A stretch of DNA of 60,606 nucleotides, filler included. It is 4 parts of 4 records of this genome, joined end to end, with 100 filler letters (N's around TTAATTAATTAA, not from the genome) between each part and the next. Parts side by side here need not be neighbours in the genome. Positions count along the whole stretch, not along the records: positions 35,224 to 53,643 come from SRR31156797_8813; positions 53,744 to 60,606 come from SRR31156797_8819; 2 more parts are not named here. One strand, given 5' to 3'. Positions 49,094-58,599 of this stretch are shown here, in pieces. The notes under the pieces were generated by a model, which saw nothing but the letters and a program-made list of their open reading frames with translations, was not told the DNA's origin and ran no database searches. Both the position numbers and the translations under genes were made by a program. Each line of letters begins with the position of its first letter. Within the stretch, counting starts at the first letter, position 1.

Positions 49094-50338
49094 ATGAAGA
49101 ATTTAAAAATCATATTTAGCATTGCGGCAGCACTCTTATTTACGCTGCCCGCATTTACACAAAAAATTGATATAAACGGTTATGCTCGCAATTATACGGG
49201 TGTATTGACTGACAATGGCGACTTTTCAATTTTACAAAACACGCTCGACCTCAATTTCGAGCGAAGGGGAGACAAATCGTTGCTCAAAGCCAATCCGATG
49301 CTCTATTCTTACGGGACCGACAGCCTTAATTTTCGGCTTCGTGAATTGTACCTCGATTTGTATTTTAAAAAATTCGACCTGCGCATTGGTAAACAACAAG
49401 TCGTGTGGGGCAAAGCTGATGGCGTTTTTATTACCGATATTGTTTCGCCATTGGATTTTAGCGAATTTCTCTTGCCCGATTTTCGGGAAATAAGGCAGGG
49501 CGTAACAGCAGCCAAACTAAACTATTATGTCGGCACCGACATTGTAGAGTTGATATGGATTCCACAGTTTACGGCAACTCAAATGCCTTCCGGGGAGTCA
49601 ATATGGTATCAATCTCCAGATTTTCCGGCACCAGCCACCTTCAACTGGTCGCAATCGGAAATTAAACCAACACTGGAAAACAGTGAATTTTTTGCCAAAT
49701 ATTCGGCTCTGACTTCCAAAATCGATTTTGAGATTATGGGCGGTTACACCTGGGACGATAATCCGGCTATGCACATCGAAAAACAATTTGATATGTCTGG
49801 CGGGCAACCTCAACTAACAGGACTTAACATTACCCCGGAACATCATCGTTTAACCATTGGCGGAGGATCGTTCAGCACGGAAATTGCCGGAATTATATTC
49901 CGGGGGGAAGGAGCCTATTATCATGGTAAATATTTCAACACAACCGATCCCACCCAAACCGACGCATTGGTAAAAAAAGATTATGTACACTACCTGGCGG
50001 GCATGGATTTTATTATTGGCGGAATAAACTTTAGCACACAGTTTATTCAGGAAGCGATAATTGACTACAGCACCGATATTGAACAAGATGAACTGGATAA
50101 CACCATGACATTTTTGGCGAAATATGACTTGCTAAATGAAACATTGCATCTTGAACTTTTTACTTATTTAGGATTGAACAACGAAGATGCACTCATCAGA
50201 CCTAAAATCACTTACGATTTTGAAGATGGGTTCAGCATTCTGACAGGCGCCAATATTTTCACTGGAAATAACAACGGACGTTTTGGTCAATACAGAGATA
50301 ACACGATGGTTTACGCTAAAATTAAGTATAACTTTTAA
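49094..50338 (+). CDS. Outer-membrane beta-barrel protein (DUF1302-like)
   Basis: Signal peptide, LRELYLD..DLRIGKQQVVWGKADG..ITD..P.D, C-terminal FGQY..N..VYAKIKYNF. Confidence 0.8.
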   Translation: MKNLKIIFSIAAALLFTLPAFTQKIDINGYARNYTGVLTDNGDFSILQNTLDLNFERRGDKSLLKANPMLYSYGTDSLNFRLRELYLDLYFKKFDLRIGKQQVVWGKADGVFITDIVSPLDFSEFLLPDFREIRQGVTAAKLNYYVGTDIVELIWIPQFTATQMPSGESIWYQSPDFPAPATFNWSQSEIKPTLENSEFFAKYSALTSKIDFEIMGGYTWDDNPAMHIEKQFDMSGGQPQLTGLNITPEHHRLTIGGGSFSTEIAGIIFRGEGAYYHGKYFNTTDPTQTDALVKKDYVHYLAGMDFIIGGINFSTQFIQEAIIDYSTDIEQDELDNTMTFLAKYDLLNETLHLELFTYLGLNNEDALIRPKITYDFEDGFSILTGANIFTGNNNGRFGQYRDNTMVYAKIKYNF

Positions 50339-50351
50339 GACCGACTTTTTT

Positions 50352-50795
50352 ATGAAGCCAAAAAAAATGTATCATATTACCTTCTTTATGATGATTATAT
50401 GTCTTTTCGCAGGTATTGCACTTAAGGCACAGAGTGGAGATGCTATTCTTGGTAATTATCTTTTACCCAATGGCTTAGTAGTTAAGCTTTTTAAAACTGA
50501 TTATAAATATTCCGGCAAAATCACAGCATTAGATGGCTATTCAAATGGTGAAATCTACGATGTGGAAAACCCGAATAAATCGAAACGTAATGATCGGTTA
50601 GTGGGTAAAGTAATTATCTGGAATCTTGAATACGATAAGCAAAAGAAAAGATGGGTTGAAGGTCGTATGTATGGTCCCGACAAAGGGATTACCGTAGATC
50701 TGGAAATTCTGAGAGTCAATAAAAATAACATCTTAATAGAAGGGTCTAAATATTTTTTTAGTAAAGAAATGGAGTGGAAAAGGTTGAATAATTAA
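50352..50795 (+). CDS. DUF2147-like secreted protein
   Basis: Signal peptide, ILG.Y, Y.GKI, D.ENP..KR...LVG, W..G.MY.P..G. Confidence 0.65.
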   Translation: MKPKKMYHITFFMMIICLFAGIALKAQSGDAILGNYLLPNGLVVKLFKTDYKYSGKITALDGYSNGEIYDVENPNKSKRNDRLVGKVIIWNLEYDKQKKRWVEGRMYGPDKGITVDLEILRVNKNNILIEGSKYFFSKEMEWKRLNN

Positions 50796-50806
50796 TCCAA
50801 AACGAC

Positions 50807-51001
50807 ATGTTACGACTAAAGAACATACCCATCAGAACCTATATCGTCTGGAATCCTGATTTATCAGGCAAAAAGATCGTTGTAAAGCGTAATTGGTTAC
50901 AAACACTAATACGTCCTCCTTATTATGCAACTAAAAAAGAGGTAGAAAAATATGAAGAATATAAAAATCAGACCAGGCACATCTCAATAATAACACACTA
51001 A
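50807..51001 (+). CDS. Small hypothetical protein (64 aa)
   Basis: ATG-started ORF that fills the gap between co-oriented genes. No recognisable motif. Confidence 0.45.
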   Translation: MLRLKNIPIRTYIVWNPDLSGKKIVVKRNWLQTLIRPPYYATKKEVEKYEEYKNQTRHISIITH

Positions 51002-51019
51002 TAACAAACAATTTAAAAC

Positions 51020-51388
51020 ATGCCTAAAGAACAAAACATAAGAGAAAAAGCCTATCAGGTATTTGTAAGAGATGGTTATAAGGGAACTACCATTGAATCC
51101 ATTGCTAAAGCGGCAGGAGTGAGTAAAACATCCGTGCATTATTATTTTCGCTCTAAGGATATACTTTATCAAATGATGGTTGAAAAAATCGGCAGCGAAC
51201 TTTTGCAACCTGTTGAAATACATTTTAGTAAGTTGATCTTTTTAGTACATGAATTACGGAGCAACAAAAAAAAGTTTCTAAATGCTCTTGAACAAGCCAA
51301 AAACTTGCCATGGGAAATGATTATAAAAAGGGAACTCCAGAAAAGAGTACCATGTGTTGATCACGATAATTTTTGGAAAAATATATAA
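51020..51388 (+). CDS. Short TetR-family HTH protein (possibly truncated)
   Basis: F...GYKGTTIESIAKAAGVSKTSVHYYFRSKD. Only 122 aa. Confidence 0.75.
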   Translation: MPKEQNIREKAYQVFVRDGYKGTTIESIAKAAGVSKTSVHYYFRSKDILYQMMVEKIGSELLQPVEIHFSKLIFLVHELRSNKKKFLNALEQAKNLPWEMIIKRELQKRVPCVDHDNFWKNI

Positions 51389-51547
51389 ATATTTTGTAAT
51401 TTTAATTAACCTAAACTATTGTACTATAAATTAATATTATGTCAGAATATATTAACAATCCCGCAAACAGGAAATAAAAATACAGCTCAATTCTTGTAAC
51501 TCATAGTAATATATTTACATTTGTAATTAAATAAATCTTTTAATGTT

Positions 51548-51906
51548 ATGCAAAAAATCTTAATTATTATTAACGATGCACCCTATGGCACTGAAAAGGC
51601 TTACTACGCTTTAAGAATGGCTATGACATTGTAAAAAGAACATGGCGGGAATGTGGAAGTAAAAACTTTCCTGTTGGCTGATGCTGTTTTATGCGGGCTA
51701 CCCAACCAAAACACGCCTCCCGGTTATTACAATGTTGAAAGAATGTTGAAATCTGTCATTAAAAGAGGCGGTGAAGTAAAAAGTTGTGGTGGCTGCTCCG
51801 AAGCACGAGGAATAGACAAATTAACGTTTATTGAGGGTGTCAATTAAGCAATATGAAAGAATTTGCACAGTGGACTGTTGACTGTGTCAAGGTGCTTACG
51901 TTTTAA
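51548..51906 (+). pseudogene. DsrE/YchN-family sulfur-relay protein, disrupted
   Basis: MQKILIIINDAPYGTEKAY.ALRMAMTL-TAA-KEHG...FLLADAV...CGGCSEARG. A frameshift near 51840 precedes ..LSNMKEFAQWTVDCVKVLTF*. Confidence 0.8.
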
Positions 51907-52319
51907 AAAAGAATGTTTCACGTCCTCAACAAAATGCTCGGGTGATTAATCGTTTCAAATCGTAAACTTTGCATACTTTGCATGCTACAATATGGTTGAC
52001 AAGATATGATAACTTGTTGACATAGAATTACTATCGACCAAAACACATCAAAATAATTAATCTTTATTCCAAAAATTAAACAAACCATAACTATTTATGG
52101 CAATGATGACTTGCTATTCAAAACATTTCATCTTAACTTCTCACATATTACGAATAAAACAACGAAGATACACTTTATCATAGATGGAGTTATCTTGCAA
52201 CCACTTCTTAAGCAATAATTTTTCTTTTAGACTTATTACTTTTGGATAAGATTAGGCAAAATCAAACAGAAATGAAGATATTTGGAGAATGAAACCGGAT
52301 TTAAAACTAATACTAAGGT

Positions 52320-52853
52320 TTTATATTAAGCAATGAATATGATTCATTGTCATTATTGTTTTTGACAGCTTTGTTCAATTCAACACTGGCCAAGTTATGG
52401 ATTTGGTACAATTGTCCAGAATTGGGAGATAACAGGAGAGAAATTCGTAAAATATATTTTGAACATTTCCCTGTTCCGAAAGCAACCGACCAGCAGGTGG
52501 AAAAGATGAAGCAACTGGCAGTTAATCGCACCAACTTAACAAAAGAGCTGTTTGCGTTAACTACTAAATTTCAAAGAGCCATGCAACGTAATTTAGAGTT
52601 GGAAAAACTATCGTATAAACTATAGGAATGGCATTTCCTTTCTTTTCCAGATTTTGTAAAAGAACTCAAGAAAAAGAAAGTCAAATTAACCCTTGCCCAA
52701 CAAGCTGAGTGGGAAGAGTATTTTGAAGAAGAAGCAAAAAAGGCAGCCAATTTAATATCTCAAATAAACAAAACCGACAAAGAAATTGACCAAATGGTTT
52801 ACGAGCTTTACGGATTAACAGACGAGGAAATTGAAATTGTGGAAAACAATTAA
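52320..52853 (+). pseudogene. C-terminal remnant of a type IIG/Eco57I-like restriction-modification enzyme
   Basis: LFNS.L...IRKIYFEHFPVP...LEKLSYKL-TAG(52623)-EWH.L.F..F.KELKKKKVKL....AEW..YF...TDKEIDQMVYELYGLTDEEIEIVE. No N-terminal MTase motifs were found upstream. Confidence 0.75.
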
Positions 52854-52856
52854 GTT

Positions 52857-53234
52857 ATGGGACAGGATGTAATCGCACAGGGAAACCACAATTTAGACAT
52901 CAGCAGCATAGAAGCGTTAGCCAATGATGTGTCTAAAAGATTTCGTGCAAACGTAAGTTATGGTTATTACGATCAATATTGGTGGGATATTTACGGAATC
53001 GATATTGATCCTTCGTATGAGCATATTGAGTTTGGTTACATACCGTTTGCCAATGCAAAAGAAACAATCGTGTTAAGTGATGAGCTGTACCAGGTTAAAC
53101 AACTATTAAATAAGTATGGAAATGATATCCTAAAATTGCCATGTTTTAATGGCTCTAAAGCACAAAAGCCAGAAATTGAAGCTGCTAAAAAAGGTGCCAC
53201 CAATGATAAGGAGTATAAAAAGAATAGACTCTAA
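52857..53234 (+). CDS. Hypothetical protein (possibly truncated)
   Basis: 125-aa ORF starting 3 nt after the RM remnant. No known motif recognised. Confidence 0.55.
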   Translation: MGQDVIAQGNHNLDISSIEALANDVSKRFRANVSYGYYDQYWWDIYGIDIDPSYEHIEFGYIPFANAKETIVLSDELYQVKQLLNKYGNDILKLPCFNGSKAQKPEIEAAKKGATNDKEYKKNRL

Positions 53235-53571
53235 GGAAAACGTCGGGGTGGGTTCAAATCCACTGCGGTTGACATCCTTAAAGTCTAATGCAAATATACA
53301 ACAACAAACTTTAAAAGTCAATTGAACCGATTTAAAATGAATAAGAAATACACCCGACAATAACCAAAAAACAATTGATAATTGAAAAGTGGAACGAGTC
53401 GATTATCTCAAGGAATTAAGGAAATCACAGGTTTTTACCTGATCAGGTTGCCTATACGATACTTAACGACTAGATTGCAGATTTTTAGTCAATTCCTAAC
53501 AAAATGATTGACGACAAGTTTTAACTAGCTGATTCTACGGTCATTTAAGTTTGTAGCAAGCCAGCGCGTAT

Positions 53572-53643
53572 TGCAGGCACATCCCGAGTTTGTGTTTTAG
53601 TAGTTTTTCAATTAACTAAAACCCAAATCGGCAAGAGCCTGCA
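53572..53643. repeat. Long imperfect inverted repeat at the contig end (REP/MITE/attC-like)
   Basis: Nested pairings TGCAGGC/GCCTGCA, CCGA/TCGG, TTTG/CAAA, GTTTTAGT/ACTAAAAC. Confidence 0.5.
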
Positions 53644-53743
53644 NNNNNNNNNNNNNNNNNNNNNNNNNNNNNNNNNNNNNNNNNNNNTTAATTAATTAAN
53701 NNNNNNNNNNNNNNNNNNNNNNNNNNNNNNNNNNNNNNNNNNN
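53644..53743. other. Artificial contig spacer
   Basis: N44-TTAATTAATTAA-N44. Confidence 0.98.
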
Positions 53744-53744
53744 A

Positions 53745-54770
53745 AGGAGAGGAAAGATAACCTTGGTTGCAGGGGGACCACCATGTCAGGGCTTTTCTTT
53801 TGCGGGTCGACGCGTGAAGAATGATCCACGAAATCGATTGTTACATCAGTATGTTGATGTCGTTAAGCTACTCCATCCGAAACTCTTATTCATTGAGAAT
53901 GTAAAGGGCATTAGTGTTGCACATGGAAGGCGTAGCTGGTTAGAAGGCGGCAGTAAAGGGAAAGCGCCAGAGAGTTATGCAGACATCCTGCGAAGCCAAC
54001 TTGAAGATTCTGGATACGAAATACAGCAAGGCTTGGTGTATTCTCATGAGTATGGAGTGCCACAATTAAGACCTCGGTTCTTAACAATCGGGATTCAAAA
54101 TAGACTATTGGATAAGGGGCAGGCTGTACCTGATTTTTTTCAGATTCTTTCTGAACTAAGGGAACAATATTTGTTGTCTCATGGTTTGCCGAGGCGTCCA
54201 ATTTCTGTGAGTGAAGCAATTTCCGATCTTCGAATCGAGAAGAAGAAGCTAATTGATTGCGATGATCCAGAATCCCCGAGGGGATTTAAGCAAATACCGC
54301 TCGTGCGACCTGTGACTCGATTCCAATATCTCATGCATGAAGGAGTAAACGGGGGAAATGTCAATAGCATGCGATTACCAAGGCACAAGGAATCGACTAT
54401 CGAAAAATTTAAGCTGATTCAGGCAACTTGCAGGAAAGGGGTACAGCTTTCGCTAGAAGACCGTAAACGTCTCGGTATTCGAAAAAACTCAACGGTGCCC
54501 TTGGAAGCCAATAAACCATCTCACACGTTAACGACTCTTCCAGATGACCTTATACACTTTGGTGAGCCTCGAATTCATACTGTTCGCGAGAATGCGAGAA
54601 TTCAGTCATTTCCGGATTGGTTCGAGTTTCTAGGGAAATATACCACCGGGGGAGCCAGGCGAAAGAGTGAGTGTCCTCGATACACGCAGGTTGGAAATGC
54701 TGTCCCCCCTCTGCTAGCTGAGGCATGTGGGTTAGCCCTGAAAAAGATACTCTTGGAACTAGACACATGA
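53745..54770 (+). CDS. dcm: C5-cytosine DNA methyltransferase (5' end cut by the contig edge)
   Basis: Motif IV AGGPPCQGFS, VI ENV, VIII YGVPQLRPR, IX TVRENARIQSFPD, X QVGNAVPP. Motif I is missing because of the truncation. Confidence 0.95.
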   Translation, partial: RRGKITLVAGGPPCQGFSFAGRRVKNDPRNRLLHQYVDVVKLLHPKLLFIENVKGISVAHGRRSWLEGGSKGKAPESYADILRSQLEDSGYEIQQGLVYSHEYGVPQLRPRFLTIGIQNRLLDKGQAVPDFFQILSELREQYLLSHGLPRRPISVSEAISDLRIEKKKLIDCDDPESPRGFKQIPLVRPVTRFQYLMHEGVNGGNVNSMRLPRHKESTIEKFKLIQATCRKGVQLSLEDRKRLGIRKNSTVPLEANKPSHTLTTLPDDLIHFGEPRIHTVRENARIQSFPDWFEFLGKYTTGGARRKSECPRYTQVGNAVPPLLAEACGLALKKILLELDT

Positions 54771-54878
54771 TGTTGAAGATTGTGGGCTTCTTGTGAATTC
54801 TTAGAAGGTAAAATGGGGATTGATATTGGCAAACAATCACGTGGTATGCAACCTTGCACCAAGATAGAGGACAATTAA

Positions 54879-57017
54879 ATGCCTGATCAGGGAATTAATG
54901 TCGCGGGGTCATTGTATCCCGAAGGTCTTCTCAGGTGGGCTGGCCACCGAGACGGTGGAGTCAAAAAACCATTTCGTAAAGGATCTGGGAGGCCAACTGG
55001 AACTCGAATCCAAACGCCCCTGCTTAAGCGGCTTAGGGACTGGGCAATCAAACTCGTCAATGGTGATGATGTTCCAAGGTCTATTCTTCTGGTAGGCGGG
55101 CCAGGAAATGGTAAAACAGATGCAATCGAGGGCCTTGTTGAGGATCTCGATGAGATTCTAGGGCTTAATGGAAGCCTCTTCAATGTTTTCGGGTCACATT
55201 TTTTACTCGAAAAAGGTGGTAATCCTCCAAGAAGAGTAGATGTAAACCTTGAAGAGTTTATTCCCAATTTGAATCAACATCTTCGATGTACTATATCCGT
55301 AGTGCAGGATGCCACGGAAGCTGATTCAATACGTCGTCCCGGAATTTCTTCACAAGCAATACTTCTTGAGGAGCTTGAAGAGATATTATCTGGTACCTCG
55401 AACGATATTTACTTGTGCTGCGTGAACAGGGGTAAACTTGCAGAGGTGTCGACCGAAGCTCATCTCGGGGGAGCGAAATCGGCTACCATGCTATTACTCG
55501 ATCAAATCACAAAGGCAGTGACTTGTAATCATGATCCAGAACCATGCTGGCCACTTCGTGATTTTCAATCGATTGCAGCTTGGCCTATGGATGTTGATTC
55601 GCTCGTGGAAACGGCAGATGCGAAGAATGCAGAAACCGTGGTAAGTCAAATATTGTTTTCTGCGGTGGATTCCAATAAATGGCCAAGCCAGTGTCCTGCT
55701 GGCGACATGTGCCCTTTTTGTTTGAATAAGAAATTACTCGAAGTACCTGGGACCATTGATCGACTCGCAGAAATGCTTCGAGCATACGAACTTGGGACTG
55801 GTAAAAGGTGGACTTTCCGAGATCTTTACTCACTTGTCCCCTACATGCTGGTAGGAGATGAGGAGGATTTCAGAATAGATAATTCCAGGCTGTCACCATG
55901 TGAATGGGCCGCAAAACAGCTTGAACTGATGGAGTCATCAAAAAAAAGCGAGGATGCACAGCGAGCCCGAGCATTACATCTGCTCGTGGATCGTTTATTT
56001 TGGCATCGGTTATTTCCTCTGTGGCCTCGACTCACGGGTAAGGTATATTCTGATGCAAAAAGAAAAGTTCTTCCAATTAAATCCATCGACAAGGAGCTCG
56101 GCTACGCTCGTGATCATTTTCGATACCTTGATTGGATCGGGAGAGGAAAAACGTCTGAAGCAATCTCTCGGTTGGTCTCTGAGTCTTTTTGCAGCCTCCT
56201 TGACCCCGCTGATGCTACTCCCGATGTAATAATCAGTAAGGCAACAACACGTAATTTAACGGTTCGTGATATTGATGAGTATTATAGTCTGTCGGTCGGC
56301 CAGGGTTTAGGACTTGTTACCAAGAGAGTTACACTGATTGAAAGAGAGCTTCTCAAGAGACTTGCCAAAGCTGACGAGGCGCTGGGGGCCAATAGGATCT
56401 CGGCCACTGATCGGTCGAAAGCTGAGGTTCTCCAGCAAGCAATTCGATTATATGCTTCTCGTCTAACTAAGCGTTCATTAGGAGTGCAGTCGGGTGTATA
56501 CGCAGGCAGGGCAAGTTTAGTGACATACAGGGAGGCGCTTCACGATCCCGGTGTCTTGCGCACGGCTCAAGCAGAGTTAAAAAAACTGATTAACGATCAA
56601 GAGCGAAACTTGTTTATCGTTCCATTAATGACTACTTTTGCTCAACCACTACCCCCACGTCATAAGAGGGTATCGCTCGAAACGACTGCCATTAAAGTTT
56701 TACCCCGGAGTATTCCCAACGACGTTGAACGTCCTCCGTCACAGCTAGCTTATTTAGATGTAGATGGGAATCCTGTTCCCCTTACGTATGAACTCTATAA
56801 CGCACTCCAGCAACTCAATAATGGCATGCATCCTGGTTCGCTGAAAGACGAAGTATTTGCCATGGTTGACCGGGTTCGTGCACGTGCGGCGGGAAATGTT
56901 GTCCGAGACAGGGAACGTTTGCTTGATGATGCGGTGATATATTTAGAATCAACCAAGGAAGTGATCAAGTTCGATGGAGACACTTTCAGCGTCGAAAAGC
57001 GGGAGGCAGCGAAATGA
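54879..57017 (+). CDS. P-loop ATPase, 712 aa, DndF/DptF-like by inference
   Basis: Walker A LLVGGPGNGKT, VVQDA, CCVNRG, C-x4-C-P-F-C, RWTFRDL. RBS AGAGGA. Confidence 0.75.
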   Translation: MPDQGINVAGSLYPEGLLRWAGHRDGGVKKPFRKGSGRPTGTRIQTPLLKRLRDWAIKLVNGDDVPRSILLVGGPGNGKTDAIEGLVEDLDEILGLNGSLFNVFGSHFLLEKGGNPPRRVDVNLEEFIPNLNQHLRCTISVVQDATEADSIRRPGISSQAILLEELEEILSGTSNDIYLCCVNRGKLAEVSTEAHLGGAKSATMLLLDQITKAVTCNHDPEPCWPLRDFQSIAAWPMDVDSLVETADAKNAETVVSQILFSAVDSNKWPSQCPAGDMCPFCLNKKLLEVPGTIDRLAEMLRAYELGTGKRWTFRDLYSLVPYMLVGDEEDFRIDNSRLSPCEWAAKQLELMESSKKSEDAQRARALHLLVDRLFWHRLFPLWPRLTGKVYSDAKRKVLPIKSIDKELGYARDHFRYLDWIGRGKTSEAISRLVSESFCSLLDPADATPDVIISKATTRNLTVRDIDEYYSLSVGQGLGLVTKRVTLIERELLKRLAKADEALGANRISATDRSKAEVLQQAIRLYASRLTKRSLGVQSGVYAGRASLVTYREALHDPGVLRTAQAELKKLINDQERNLFIVPLMTTFAQPLPPRHKRVSLETTAIKVLPRSIPNDVERPPSQLAYLDVDGNPVPLTYELYNALQQLNNGMHPGSLKDEVFAMVDRVRARAAGNVVRDRERLLDDAVIYLESTKEVIKFDGDTFSVEKREAAK

Positions 57018-58579
57018 CTACAGGAAATCTTTCTCCAAATGAATTTGCGCGCCAGCCATGGAAAAATGAAAACTTACATAAGTCATACACACACTCATTC
57101 TTGCATTTCAGTAACGCTCCAGAATACGCGCCATCCGAAGTTATTCTTGCCTCATTGTATCGACGTCTTGGGCTCGGTGTTATTTCTGAAGCTGGAAGCG
57201 GCAAAAGAAGCATTCTCCCCGAGAGCAGTGTTGGAAAAAATGGGACTGCTCTTATGCGATTAATTGAGAAGCGTGGCTCGAAGATACAAGAGGGAGCAAT
57301 CTTGTCGACGGAGGGATGGCGACATATTGTAGATGGAGTGATTCGGAGCCCAAGACAGCCAAACCAGAGAGCAAAAAAGTTTGTGCAAATGACCCCGGTA
57401 GTACCTTCTGTTGCTGTTTATTCTATGGCTGCCAGGCTCAGGGGGAATCCTTGGAATCCAGGAGGGCTAGTGGAAGCGTGCGTGCGTCTCGGAGAAAAAA
57501 ACGAAGCACAAGCCTTGCAGTTGTGGGAAGGGTTGTATGATGCCATTTCTGTTGACCAATCTGAAGATGACATATGGGCTGTTTTTCTTGAGCACGAGTT
57601 TGCAGCATGGAAAACAAGCAACATCCAGTGGGTTTTTTCTAACCAGTTGAAGTATGAGCAATGGATGGCAGAATGGCAACAGGACGATATTCATTGTCCA
57701 GCTCGGCGATTTGTGAAAGATCTTGTGCATGTTCTCAAGGCGAAGCAATTTCTTACTCGTCGTCAATGGGTATCGGTGCTTGAGGCAATTTTACGAATTG
57801 GGCTTGGTGCACACGTTCTGTGGATTTCAAAAGTAAACTACGAGGTATTTCAGCTCTCAAAAGAAGTTCTAAGTGGGATGCCGGTGCCCGAGAAAAAAGA
57901 CATCCAAATTCGCTTGTCGACGGGTAATGGCTTTTGGCACTATGGGCAACTTGTTGGTAGTCATCTTAAGAAACTTATTCGGAATTATGTTACTGGAAGG
58001 CTCGGAGTAAATTTACTACTGCACCAATGTGATACGTTGGAAAACTTGGCTCCAATTGTCGAAAATGGGCCGTTTCGCTCGATTAGCTCGATACATGATT
58101 TCCTTAATGCAATAGCTTCAAGTCGTGGAACTTTCCCACTTGAAGAATACAACGATAACCTTGAGATAGCCAAGGAGTCTGATCCAAGAAAGATTGCTAT
58201 CAAGCATGGATCGGGAAAAAACATGGAAGAGTTCCTGCGCCACTCTCTTGGACAACGTGAAACACAAGAGAGAGGAATGGAGAGTTATGATCAAGGGTAC
58301 ATGCTTAAACGACGAGGGACGTATTCAAAAGCTCCGTGGATGCTAGCTGCGGGGCCAGTGATGATCTTAGCCCTAGCTTATTCTTGTACTAGCGATGGGG
58401 CTGGAAGTCGCACAGTCGAAGATTTATGCAAACATCTCCAAGAATATGGTATCGGGATCAAGCCAGATGAAGTTGCAGGGGGCGAACTTGGATTGAGCTT
58501 GAGAATGCTCGGGCTTGTTCTGGATAGCCCAGATGCCGAGGGTGGAATGGTGTTACTAGATCCATTTCAAACAAAATAG
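57014..58579 (+). CDS. Hypothetical 521-aa protein, DndG/DptG-like by inference
   Basis: ATGA overlap with the upstream ATPase. C-terminal winged-helix-like TVEDLCKHLQEYGI...LRMLGLVLDSPDAEGG. Confidence 0.7.
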   Translation: MTTGNLSPNEFARQPWKNENLHKSYTHSFLHFSNAPEYAPSEVILASLYRRLGLGVISEAGSGKRSILPESSVGKNGTALMRLIEKRGSKIQEGAILSTEGWRHIVDGVIRSPRQPNQRAKKFVQMTPVVPSVAVYSMAARLRGNPWNPGGLVEACVRLGEKNEAQALQLWEGLYDAISVDQSEDDIWAVFLEHEFAAWKTSNIQWVFSNQLKYEQWMAEWQQDDIHCPARRFVKDLVHVLKAKQFLTRRQWVSVLEAILRIGLGAHVLWISKVNYEVFQLSKEVLSGMPVPEKKDIQIRLSTGNGFWHYGQLVGSHLKKLIRNYVTGRLGVNLLLHQCDTLENLAPIVENGPFRSISSIHDFLNAIASSRGTFPLEEYNDNLEIAKESDPRKIAIKHGSGKNMEEFLRHSLGQRETQERGMESYDQGYMLKRRGTYSKAPWMLAAGPVMILALAYSCTSDGAGSRTVEDLCKHLQEYGIGIKPDEVAGGELGLSLRMLGLVLDSPDAEGGMVLLDPFQTK

Positions 58580-58599
58580 TCAAAGGATAAGGAATTCCA

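Noticed and set aside
52623-52625. TAG in the RM fragment as pyrrolysine or programmed readthrough
   Set aside because: The gene also lacks its N-terminal catalytic part and sits among other pseudogenes, so a simple nonsense mutation is more likely.
52320-54770. Type IIG remnant plus dcm as one defence island
   Set aside because: They are on different contigs separated by an artificial spacer.
54817-54860. Short inverted repeats (GATTG/CAATC, TGCAA/TTGCA) between dcm and the ATPase
   Set aside because: The arms are only 5 bp and no regulator is visible, which is too weak to call.
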